A stretch of DNA of 41,245 bases from Sphaeroforma arctica JP610 (taxonomy: Eukaryota). The stretch's first letter is position 1. Every line of letters starts with the position of its first letter. Where the stretch lies: positions 22,209-63,453 of the forward strand of contig NW_014040178.1 in the NCBI RefSeq assembly GCF_001186125.1. The letters run 5' to 3'. A model generated the notes under the pieces. It was given only the letters and a program-made list of their open reading frames with translations, was not told where the DNA came from and ran no database searches. The position numbers and the translations under genes are program-made. Positions 12,104 through 23,569 of the stretch are shown piece after piece.

Positions 12104-13382
12104 AATAAATAATTTTATACAAAATCTCGAAGAAAGTCCTTCTCGCGAAAAATCTCGCCCCTGATTTATTGGACACAACGTCACAACCTTTTCTTTGTTG
12201 AATGACCCAAAATTGATTTTCTCAGCAGCTAATGGGATATGGGCCCTGTCGCCCAGTCGGGCCTGGGCCTTGTGGGCTCTCTCTTCTACTCTGGAGTACT
12301 CTACTCTAGAGTAGAGAGAGTCTCCAGTCACTAGTCAGGGACTCAGGTGAGTCAGGGTATGTAGTCAGTCTGAGAAAGCTATGTGTGCTTCTCTGATTTC
12401 TCTGCTATTCTACTCTCTACAACGAGAGAGAGTAGTCAGGAGTTCAGGACTCAGCAGAGGCTTTCTCTACAGAGTAGAGAGATATATATATTCTGTTTTC
12501 TTAAAGCTTTAACTTTTTGGTGTGGATCACTGGAAATTGGACAATATTTGGAATCTAGATTTTGTTCAAAAAAAAATTATAAACCCCAATTTGCATATTT
12601 TTCAACTTCTCGGCCAAAATAAAACATTTTTTAACATACGTACTATTTTAATATTTGTTACAATGAAACACTCCTTATTCTGATATTTATTTAGTTGTTT
12701 TTCTTCTTTTATCATTAAAAAAAATGTACTATTAAAAAAAACCCAAAATAAAGTCAAAAAGGTCGTTTTTTAAATAAACTAAAAATCGGATTCGGATAAA
12801 TATAAAATCGGGAATCAGGGAAGCAACAGCTTAAATACAGCTCCAAAGTCCGATCTGAAAAAATTGTTTTTTCTTGTTTGTTTTATTTTTTATTACCGCA
12901 GTATTTTAAATTTTTAATACGTCCATAAATATACCAATCGGTTTGTTCGTTTTTTAACTGTTTTGTTTTACAGCAGGACAAATCAGAGCATTCTAAATTG
13001 TATTACTGTACACACACAAAAATATTTACATATTTTCTTCTTCTTTCTTTTCTTTTTCTTTTCTTGCGTCGCATCAAACCATTCTGGTGAGTTGTGAGTC
13101 TGGACTCTGGAGAAGGACATCTGAAGTGTGGCAGATTCAAACTCGTCTCAGGACTCAGAGTTACTGCGTCTCTCTATTATACTCTCCGCTCTGTATTTAT
13201 TTACACATATGTACATAGTGTCTGCATATTCCTTTATATATTAGTTTTCTACCCTCTCTCCCCGCGAGTCTCGCACTCTAGCCCAATAGACCTTTAAAAA
13301 AATACCGAACTGCCAAAATATATTGGGCCCTTTTATTTTTACATGCATTCAGTTTAGATGTTATTGAGCGCGTATATTAAAA

Positions 13383-15550
13383 ATGGGTGTTGATAGACTA
13401 AGACATGAGGTACTTGTAGGTGATGTGTCTCTGATCAAGCTGTGCCAAAAAGGCGAGCACATTTCGATTCTTAGACCTCAAACGGAAGAACGGAAGAAAA
13501 ACATTGTGTTACCGATGCGTCATTTCTAATTCGCATTGCATTAGCTCGTGCTTGTAAAAACTATAGGAATGCGGCAGAAATAGCTCGTAGAATTCACGCG
13601 CATAACGGTGGTGGTGTCAGCGATGCTTCGATAGATGTAACATTCAACATATTTACTTCCTATAGGGATTATATTATTTATTTCAAAAATGGCAAGTATG
13701 TATGATACAATGTACAAACATACGGTATGGCTCTCATAGTCGATGTAGTGGTTCAGGAAAGATTGATGGGAAGAAGTGGTCAGTAAATTCCCGTTTGAAG
13801 CTTGGGCCAAGTTAGTCGACAATGGAAGATATGTGCTGAGTCAATTCGGGCCGGTGTTAACAAAACACTGTTACAATCGAATGTTCCATATATTCGCTTG
13901 CTGACCTACTAAGTAGAGTACCCATCTCTGTGGTACGGAACGGATCTGCGCCGTGTAGTGCCGCGGAATGGTTTAGTGCAGAGTACGAAATACCGAGAAG
14001 GACCAGGTTATTCGTCATAATCCGGTCGAGAAGCGAGGATGGGGGTAAGCCAATGCCGCACCAGACCACGGATGAATTCGGTATGTGTTGGCTGGCCTGA
14101 ATCGGAAGTATCATAGGCGGAACCAACAAGCGCGATGATTTGGTTTGAACCGATATTTGGAAGTAGTACTTCAACAGCGTGATTAGCCAAGGTATAGGGA
14201 ACACCCGTTGATGTGTCAGGAACGGGTGAGGGTACGATGGTTCTTCAACATACTGGAGAAAAGATCCAAGGTGTTCGTGGAGGGTCCAGATACCGTGGAA
14301 GTCGTGGTACTCCTGTAATTGCTGAAGGAGGTCATGGCCAATGGGCGGCAGTTTCGGGCCTACCAGGATGCGTCGAATCAGTTATTGGATGCAGGTAAAG
14401 AGGCTGGTAGTGAACTCGTGGCTACCGGGGCAGACAGGACAGAGACAGTCGTCAGTGCGGTAGTCGAGCAATGTGAACATGTACGTATTCGTTACAATCA
14501 TAGCACAGAGCCAGATTGGTGCAGACTCGAAGCAGCGATTGAAGCTGTCGTGTCTGGCTGTGTCTCGGTTTGAGGTTGGCGGTTTACCCATAACCAGTTG
14601 GTAGTAGTATTGGCGCCGGGCCATTGCCGCGATCTTCTTGTTGGACCAACGTTTTGTTGAGTTCTTCCTAATGTCGTCACAGCGTTGGCGGAGGGCTACA
14701 TGGTCGGGTGAATAATGAACAACGATTTTCGATGAACAACGATTTTCGGATGCACACCTGTTTTTGTATTTGATGGACAGATTTCCCAATAGAAGAAGGC
14801 AGAACATGAGCGGCATTCGCAGGAAACAGAACATGGAATATAAATATAGTTGCGATTGGATCTTTCGTCACCGTGCGTTATCAACGATGGATTGCATCCT
14901 ATGAGACCGATAATCGAATTAAAACGTCACATGTAAAGTCCTTCATTTCAACACACGACTCGGATATGATCGTCTACGATAGCGGAGTAGATGTATGTTT
15001 CTATTTTGTTACAGAATGCGCTCACGGAAAACACACCACATTCATATACGGGTACATGTTCACCGTTTTAAAGTGTAAAGAGTATTCGGAGGTATTAAAA
15101 GTTGTGACTATATGAAGCGTTTTCGAAAGCAGGATTGTCTCATGTGTGGGCTTAAGAGGGAGAGGTGACTGCAGACATTATGCTAGCATATAGAGACGAA
15201 TCGGGCGACGGCATTTTGTTTACATTGAATTATTGTGCATTGGGTGACATTATGTATAACAAGTGTGAAAGTGCTTTCAAAGCAGGAATCAGCTCTTTCC
15301 GTAATGCCTGGCTATCCGACATTACACAAACTAAGTTTGCAACACTTCACGGAGATGACACAATATCAGACAGCAAAAAAATATTTCATAGGTGAGAAGA
15401 TACCCGATGGGAATATCATGAGCATTACACTGGCACATACAACCCTTTTAGTAGTCAGTGCAAACAACTGCCAGCGTATAGACTGCGACCAACTCCCGAG
15501 ACAAGCCTATCGAGCAACATATACTGCATCAATGCCTCGCCGTGAGTAGC
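13383..15550 (+). pseudogene. XPG/FEN1/EXO1-family (PIN-like) 5' nuclease pseudogene, split by a LINE fragment at 13663-14712
   Basis: Ordered motifs MGVDRL (13383), CVTDASFLI (~13505), FGCTPVFVFDG...KKAEHER (~14746-14815), WIASYETD (~14890), ISTHDSDMIVY (~14945), YCALGD (~15235); frameshifts and stops. Confidence 0.7.
13663..14712 (-). mobile_element. 5'-truncated LINE fragment (family A): RT C-terminus, zinc-knuckle-like motif, downstream ORF, 3' end
   Basis: Near-identical to 20790-21830; CPVCPGSHEFTTSLFTC. Confidence 0.85.
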
Positions 15551-15567
15551 ATCTATTCCCTATAGCT

Positions 15568-15940
15568 ACCCCCAACCACGCTCCTCAACCGAATTATGAC
15601 GGATAACCTGGTCCTACTTGGCATTTCTTACTCTGCACTAACCCATTCCACATCACTACACGATAAAGACCCGATCCGAACCACAGAGGTGGGTACGCAA
15701 TTTAGTAGGTCAGAAAGCGAATACGTGGCACACTCGATTGTGTCAGTTTTTTGTCAGCACCGGCCTGAATTGACCCAGTGCATATCCTCCATCGTCGACT
15801 CACTTGGTCCAAGCTTCAACAGGGAATTTACTGACCGCTTCTTCCCATCGATCTTCCCCGAACCACTACAACGGCTATGAGAGCCATACTATAAGTACAA
15901 ACATTGTAACTTAACTCCTTTGAGAAAAAAATATTATCCT
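15568..15940 (+). mobile_element. Short 3' fragment of LINE family A with candidate TSD TATAGCT
   Basis: MTDNLVLLGISYSAL...PSIFPEPLQRL matches the other copies; tatagct at 15561-15567 and 15941-15947. Confidence 0.85.
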
Positions 15941-17039
15941 TATAGCTCCAACTGATGAAACTAGGAAATTCTTTGGAACTGCAGCGTATGAAAAAGGTCG
16001 AACACAAGTTGCAGTACCAACATGTGTGTAAGTATAAATGGATAAACATAAATGTTGCTGCGTTTTTATCTAAGTCAAGTGTGCTTATACATGCAAGAGT
16101 GTCTAGATCCGCGGCTACTTCAACTATGCAGGCCTACGCTAAACTTTGGTACTAACCAGACCTCGACAAATTTATAGTATGCAGTGGGTATTTTGAATGT
16201 GGTCTATATTGTGGCGGGAAAGGTGTACATGTTGCTGCTACAGTGTGGAGTATGACTCAACAGGCATTATGGGCAGATGCCAATGACAATGCTCGTTATG
16301 AGTATGATTCTGTAGTAGCAGCAAACAAAGAGATGGTGGAGAGGGAAATACTTCTGTGCGCTAGTTTACTCTGCAAATCAAAAGTGCCGACGGATAACCT
16401 TACAACAGAGTTTCTAGAGCAAAATGGTCATCGAGAAATCAATGACACTAGCACGACGACAATATAGTCTTACAGGTGAAGTAGCGCGCAATGTGGCAGC
16501 GCAAACGAGTAAAAACTCCGATGCTACAAGTGCCGCTATGAAGAAAGCAGCAGAAGCTACTCGAGTTCTCTTTAAGCTTATAGGTAGTGCAGAAGGACTG
16601 CAAAAAGAATGATCAAACTTTCTTCAATTTGTATGATGAAATTAAAGCAGAGTGCCAATTACAATGAAGGTGTTGTACTAAATAACAGTAATTGATAGAT
16701 TATATCTAGCTAGACAAATAACCTATAGACACAAAGGACCGGACTAAATAATGGAATAGGGAAATTAGTGCGAATCAAACGTCATCATAATGTAGTATCT
16801 AGGAGACAAAAATCTGCGCTACGCTGTATTGACTACACTGATGCCTAAGCAAAGGAGTAGAACGCATGAGATCTCATGTTTAAAAAGTAACCATCGCCGT
16901 CTCTTGCTGTTCATAGTATATGAGTGTCTTTGTTTGAGGAGTTGTGTATATTGGCTTTTTGTCCGTGTTTTGGTAACACTCCTTCAACTCTTACAATATC
17001 CTGTGCGACCGCTCTTTGCGCACCTCTACATCTAGTTTC

Positions 17040-19850
17040 TTGTTCTGGCTCTACACGAATCAAGTGGGTACACCAAACCCTATCTGGTGACAACTATAAT
17101 CGCTGGGATGCCAACTTGTATCTCGCGGCTCTTAGCGACTACGAGTGGGATCTCAATCACATTTTAAACAACTGTAAATTACTTAAACCTCCTTAAAATC
17201 CCTTACGAACCCGCGCGTATTGCTGAAAGCACCATTATATTCCGCAACGCTAAGAAAGCTGTGGGATATTATCGCACCACCAGAAGTCTTCTCATCCGTT
17301 CACTTTTCGATGAACTTTGTGAGACATTCAGCAAAGTAACGATGATGAAAGATACTTGGACCTTCTCAATAGCCTGAGTATTTATTATGACTCATTTACT
17401 TGGACCTATTTGAGACGATAGTAGATGTAGGATATTATAAACTAAATTTTATGTTCTCTGAACTACTACTTACAGGTTTTGGTCTTCCCGCCAATCTCCA
17501 AAATCCAATACGTCTTTTTCTTTTTTTTAACTTTTCTTCAGAAGGAACTTTATTTATATTAGCTAATGTATTAACTTGCTGCCGCTCGCCGTCTCGCCGT
17601 TACACTCGCCTTCAGACAAGTGGCACGGCACCACTGTCCTCCGTATCCCCAACGCACATTATGGCCTTCTGATTGGCCTGTTCAAATTGTCTGGTTCTAA
17701 AATTAAAAGCAAACATAAGTATAGCTTAGCTTTCCCGCAGGTTTCGGTGTTTTCCTTGGACGAGAACCCAACTGCCCACCCGACACCTGGAGAATACAAA
17801 ACTTTGCTACACAACGTTAATTGTGTTCACGCGACGTTCAGCTTCTGCCCGATGAGCTCCCGCGGTAGAATGCATCTGGAAACGGTGCACGCGTTCTAGT
17901 ACTCTCTCAGGTTAAGTTATTCCTTCCAATTGGTATGAACTCGACTCTCCAATCACGGCTGTTGTCCCTTATGTCCCTGCTGCTTCTCCACCTGTCGCCA
18001 TAGATATGACAACGGCTCCTATTCAGCCTGTACCCTCGCTGCCGCCGTCTGCTGCTTCCATGTCAGGTGCCGCACGCGCACCAAGTACCACTGTTATTCC
18101 TTCCTACATATGAGACACACCTAAATGGCCACAAGGAGCCTCCAACCCGTCACACCTAGGACTCCCCGTGAATATCCGCTGCAGCCTGCATTTATCCTGC
18201 CACCAGTAGTTCCTCATTTCAATACCCCACCCCCAAGAGTATAATTACGAACTTCCAAGGCTATCTCGAGGATTGCCGCCGTCAGCGACTTCAGCCTACC
18301 CTCGCTGGACAACGTTCCTTTCCCTCCATCTCATATTCCTGTCAATAACATTTCCACCACCGCTTTCGATGGTTCTTAGTTAAACTACTCGGACACCGAT
18401 AACCCATCAGATTTTTCCGGCTTAATAGCTGATATTCCTACGTCACCGTTCCTGATGACGGAAACAACTCGCCGCAGCAACTTTCGGATCCGTCCGACTC
18501 TTTATTTGACGACGGAGTTAACACTCCTGAGACGTTCGGCGACTACACCGATCAGACTATGACTTCCTAAACTCACCATATCTATTTGTTCGTGTCGCTA
18601 CCACGGATGACATCACTATCCTTACCGTGCAGTATCAAGCAATGCCCGGGCTGCCAGTCTCAAACTCGACGTCTTTCACTTTGTCGTCAATACTGCTTAC
18701 CTCTATTCTTAATTAAATGTCCCAGTCTTCATGCACCCGCCCGCTGGCAGCGTAAAACTCAAATATTACCCCGCAGGTCATGTACTAAAGCTCAAACGGG
18801 GCCTTTATGGCCTCCGTCAAGCTGAACGTCTATGAAATATAGACATCGTTGGTAAACTATCACATTTTTGCTTCCAGCGTACAGACGCCGACAAATCTCT
18901 CTGGTTCCACGATGGCTTCAGAATCTTACTTCTCATCTATGTTGATGAAATTGTACCTGCCGTAACTTGCATGTCTAGACTTGAGCTCTGGCTTTACCGT
19001 GCCCTCAGTCTTCACTACTCTCGCAAGAATCTGGGTTTGGTTCGCCACCTTGTAGGTTTCAGTATTCGTCAATCTCCTTCCTCTGTTACACTCGACCAGA
19101 CGGCTTATGTTGAACACATGCTTGCCACGTTTACTAAAATTGATACCATCCCGAACCATACCCCGGGTAATAGTATTCACCCTGCCTCCCTTGAAGCTCC
19201 AGCTTATCATGGCAAGAACTACCGTCGTCTCCTGGGTGCACTTGAGATTGCCGCTAATTGACCCGAGTTGATATTGCTGCGTGCCTGAATTAACTCGCTG
19301 CTTTTGCTTCAGATCCTAACGAGCTTCATTATAGGGCCCTTACCCGTATTCTTCAATACCTTTCTGTGACAAAACATTGTGCATTGGTTTACAACACGGC
19401 CGCTACCTCTGATGAACTCCTCGCCGTAACACAGATAGTGACTGGGACGGCTGCCACGACAATCGACGTTCCCAATCGGGCACAGTACTATGCTTCAATG
19501 GTACTCCTGTCTTCTGGAAATTCTAGAAACGGAAGACCACTGCTCTCAGCTCTGCCGAAGCCAAATACGATGCCTCCTCTGAATCGGCTCGCAGTATTGC
19601 ATGGTTGAATAACATACTCACAGCCATGCTGTGCGCCTTCTCCCCGCAACGCCTCACTATCCTCCAGGCTGACAATCAATCAGCCATCAAAATTTCTTTG
19701 GGTACTGGTACCCCCAAAGGACTCAAACACAACGCTATTCGTTACCATTACGTTCGTGATTATATTCAGCAAGGCATGCTTATTCTTACGTGCGTCAGTA
19801 CTAATGACAACGTTGTTGACCTTCTTACTAAGTTTCTAGGCCGCGAGATG
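17040..19850 (+). mobile_element. Decayed Ty1/Copia LTR retrotransposon (gag start, SH3-like region, RT, RNase H; integrase core missing)
   Basis: LSGDNYNRW (gag), GVFLG..SRDV (post-integrase SH3-like), LKRGLYGLRQA and LIYVDE (RT), DSDW..RRSQSG, ALSSAEAKY, DNQSAI, KHNAIRYHYVRD, NVVDLLTK (RNase H). Confidence 0.9.
17367..17578. repeat. ~210-bp dispersed repeat, second copy at 39150-39362
   Basis: Direct-orientation near-identical segments (tatgactcatttacttggacctatttgagacgatagtagatgtagg...gctaatgtattaacttg). Confidence 0.9.
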
Positions 19851-20774
19851 CGGTTTTTGTCTTGCATAGTTACTAACTTATTATGCTTCTCATAATTACC
19901 TTAGTTACTGAACAGGGCCATAATTCTGTAAATACATACACACTTTTACTTATATATAAAATTAGAAATGTGAATAAAAGAATAGTTGTTTAAAAAAAAG
20001 TATATGATATTAGACCTGTAATGTCAACCAAGTTTACCTCCGATTTAAAACAATGTTGGTGTTGTAAGCACCGAACTGTTCGGTGATGTTCCTGAGCGTT
20101 AATAAGAGTGCAAGAACTTCTAAGTGTGGGCGATAACTTATAAGTGTGAAAACTAATAAGTTTGAAAAGTTCTAAGTTGTATTGTGCGGTTTGTTGGCAA
20201 ACGGCCGCGCAGACTCGAAAGAAGAGGAGGTTGGTGTACGATTGGTGCTTTGAGAACCGAAGTGCGAGGTAATATGAGCTGGAGGTTGGCAGATGACAAT
20301 ATATGTTGAATGGACTTGTAGGCTCGAAATTGAAAAGATACACGATTTGATTGGCGGCAGGATTCTCAAGGAAATCTTTTGGAGATAGTATAAATACGTG
20401 GCTTTGTTCATTCAAAAAGTTCATTCTGCTAAGGTAGACGTTTATTCAACAACCGAGGAAATAAACCTAAGTTCACCGTTACATTGTGTTTTGAGTCTAT
20501 CTAAGATTACAGACTTTATTAGTCTATCTTTTTTCTTCCCTGTTGCGCCAGTTGAATCTAATAGATATTTTACAAGTACTGGATATTAACAAAATGGCAT
20601 AGAAATTGCTAAGAATAGGTAACTGCATTGCGTTGTAAACTATATAGTGTCTTCACAATTTTCCTTTTTGAAGCAACTGTCTCTTGATAACTTTAGAATT
20701 ATTGAGGTATATAGTAGTTTAGATAGTGCAGGTTTATTTAAGCGTGAACGCACGATTTCTAGCTAAATACTAAT

Positions 20775-23130
20775 TAGGATTAAGGATAGTATTATTTATT
20801 TCAAAAACGATAAGTTACAAAGTTTGTATGTTACAATGTATGATCATATGGTATGGCTCTCATAGCCGTTATAGTGGTTCGGGAAAGATCGATGGGAAGA
20901 AGTAGTCAGTAAATTCCCGTTTGAAGCTTGAGCCAAGTGAGTCGACGATGGAGGATATGCGCTGAATTAATTTGGGCCGGTGCTGATAAATCACTGATAC
21001 AACCGAATGTGCCATGTATTCGCTTGCTGACCTACTAAGTAGCGTACCCACCTCTGTGGTACGGATCGGTGTACGCCGGGTAGTGCCGTGGAATGGGTTA
21101 GTGCAGAGTACGAAATGCCGAGTACGACCAGGTTATCCGTCATAATTCGGTCGAGGAGCGAGGATGGGGGTAAGCCAATGCCGCACCAGACCACGGATGA
21201 ATTCGGTATGTGTTGGCTGGCCTGAATCGGAAGTATCATAGGCGGAACCAACAAGCGCGATGATTTGGTTTGAACCGATATTTGGAAGTAGTACTTCAAC
21301 AGCGTGATTAGCCAGGGTATAGGGAACACCCGTTGATGTGTCAGGAACGGGTGAGGGTACGATGGTTCTTCAACATTCTGGAGAAAAGATCCAAGGTGTT
21401 CGTGGAGGGTCCAGATACCGTGGAAGTCGTGGTACTCCTGTAATTGCTGAAGGAGGTCAGGGCCAATGGGCGGCAGTTTCGGGCCTACCAGGATGCGTCG
21501 AATCAGTTATTGGATGCAGGTAAAGAGGCTGGTAGTGAACTCGTGGGCAGATAGGGCAGAGACAGCCGTCGGTGCGGTAGTCGAGCAATGTGAACATGAA
21601 CGTATTCGTTACAATCATAGCACAGAGCCGGATTGGTGTAGACTCGAAGCATCGATTGAAGCTGTCGTGTCTGGCTGTGTCTCGGTTTGAGGTTGGCGGT
21701 TTACCCATAACCAGTTGGTAGTAGTATTGGCGCCGGGCCATTGCCGCGATCTTCTTGTTGGACCAACGTTTTATTGAGTTCTTCCTGATGTCGTCACAGC
21801 GTTGGCGGAGGGCTACATGGTCGGGTGTACACCCGCCCGTGGTTTTGTGTACAGTTTTTAGGTGAGCATAGATACTGTACGGGAAGCGCAGTGATGGTTT
21901 ATCGTGGGCCCAGGCGGGTTGCGTCAGAGGGGTAAGTGGATTTGTGCTTGCCATTGAGTCGAGTTGTATTCCCAGGCAACCTCCGAGGTAGTCCGCGAAT
22001 GGTCGCGCGGGGAGCAGGCCGCAAAAGTGAAGTAAGTTTGTTTGATGTTTGGGAGACCGAGGGTATTTAGTGCCCGTGATGATGGCTGCTGCTTGGATGA
22101 GTGCTGAGTTAAAGCGCTCGAATAGGGGGTCCAACGCATTCTTCCATATAGGCGGAGCCCAGGCAATAAGGTTCAGCCCATATGTAGCCGTGGATAGGAG
22201 GAATGTTTTGAACATCACCAGTCGGTTGCGGGGGTGTCGCCAGCTGTAGCCATGGAAGCCATAAGCGCGGAAAGAGGCGATACCCAGTGACAATGCTGCA
22301 ACCAGGGATTCCATATGTTTAACGAGGTTGATTCCTGGTACTCCGTGAGAGAGTGGGAACCCCAGGTATTTGGAGTGTTTCGGTTCGGCATGTGTGGGCG
22401 CCAGTTTCAGGAGGAGGTAACGTGTGTTCCAAGGTGCGTCTGCAAACGTCGGCGTGATAAGCTCACCATTTATACAAAGGGTTGGCGCCGCGTGTCGCAG
22501 GTCGGTAGATCGTACTCGGGGTTTAATGACACCCTGTTCGAAGCCAGATTTGCGTCCCCGCGCATCAATGTCATCTAAGAAGGGCTGGAGCAAAATCGAT
22601 CGAGGGGCTTGGATCCGTGTGTCATCGACAAATAAATAAGAGCGGAGGAGCTTGGGCCGAAATTGTGCTAGCGTGACAGCTATGGAATACATGTAGATAA
22701 TAAAGAGCTGGGGGCCGACGATTGAGCCTTGTAAGATGCCATTCGTTCTATGGAATAGAGACAAGAGCGTGCCGCGGTATGTCACTCGGGTAGGGACCCT
22801 CCCAAAGCGTGGGAGAGTGACCTTGTCGTATGCCTTGGTTATGTCCAGACGGACGTCGTTCCACTCCTCTTTTGACTGTGTCTCAGATTCCATGGCGGCA
22901 AGTGCTTGGGTATGACAGGAGTACCGTGATTTGAAGCCAGCTTGGGTAGCATGGGTAGCAGAGCCGGGGTGGCTCGTAATCAGATTAAGAAAGCACTTTT
23001 CAAAGATGCGTCTGACTATTTGCGTAAGCGTGATGGGGCGGAAGTCGGTGGGGGAGGTGATATCTGCATCGGCTTTTTTGGGGTGCGCTGTCAGGAGGCT
23101 GCAGTTAATGGCTGCGAGGAAGGTACCCCG
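20775..23130 (-). mobile_element. Non-LTR retrotransposon (LINE family A), 5'-truncated; RT ORF 21457-22893
   Basis: DFRPITL, QAGF, LDITKAYDKV, GILQGSIVGPQLF, YLFVDD, KYLG motifs of non-LTR RT; small deletion in the zinc knuckle; shared 3' end. Confidence 0.92.
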
Positions 23131-23259
23131 AGGAACTTAAGTTTCCTAAATGTACTCTTAATAGTATGAGGAACTTAAGTTTCCTAAATGTACTCTTAAT
23201 AGTACGCGGAACTTAAGTTTCCTAAATGTACTCTTAATATCACGAGGAACTTAAGTTTC
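23129..23259. repeat. 38-bp tandem repeat, ~3.4 copies, near-palindromic core
   Basis: gaggaacttaagtttcctaaatgtactcttaatagta(t/c) starting at 23130, 23168, 23206, 23244. Confidence 0.95.
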
Positions 23260-23569
23260 ATAAAATGGGTTTTAATGGTTTTATTAATTAATACCTTTTC
23301 TCTTTTACATATCAGATATTTGGACGTGACCATTAAAAAGCCCCAGTAAAATACCAAACATAAGAGTTGGTCTAGTTCTATTAATAGAACTATATTTACT
23401 TTTCAACTTTATTCATATCCGAATACCTCAGTAGCGAGATGGCTCAGCCGAATATAGGTTTCTAGGGACTATTCACGTAGCCTAGTTGATCCTCCGATCA
23501 GCCAACCAGATGTACCAGTCTGATGAAGGCTAAGTCGGTTCACAGTCCATTTCATCCAGTATTCAGAAT

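Noticed and set aside
14382..14384. TAA reassignment (alternative genetic code) as the explanation for the conserved LINE stop
   Set aside because: Both long host ORFs end at TAA and show no in-frame TAA/TAG.
20040..20420. Cys-rich fragments (CWCCK, YCAVCW) suggesting a transposase zinc domain
   Set aside because: Multiple stops and no supporting catalytic motifs.
23129..23259. CRISPR-like array (palindromic repeat, 38-bp period)
   Set aside because: The intervening sequences are identical rather than unique spacers; eukaryotic context and no cas genes.
23430..23550. Hammerhead-like motifs (gatggctcagccgaat; ctgatgaaggctaagtc)
   Set aside because: Neither has a complete CTGATGA plus GAAA core with closing stems.
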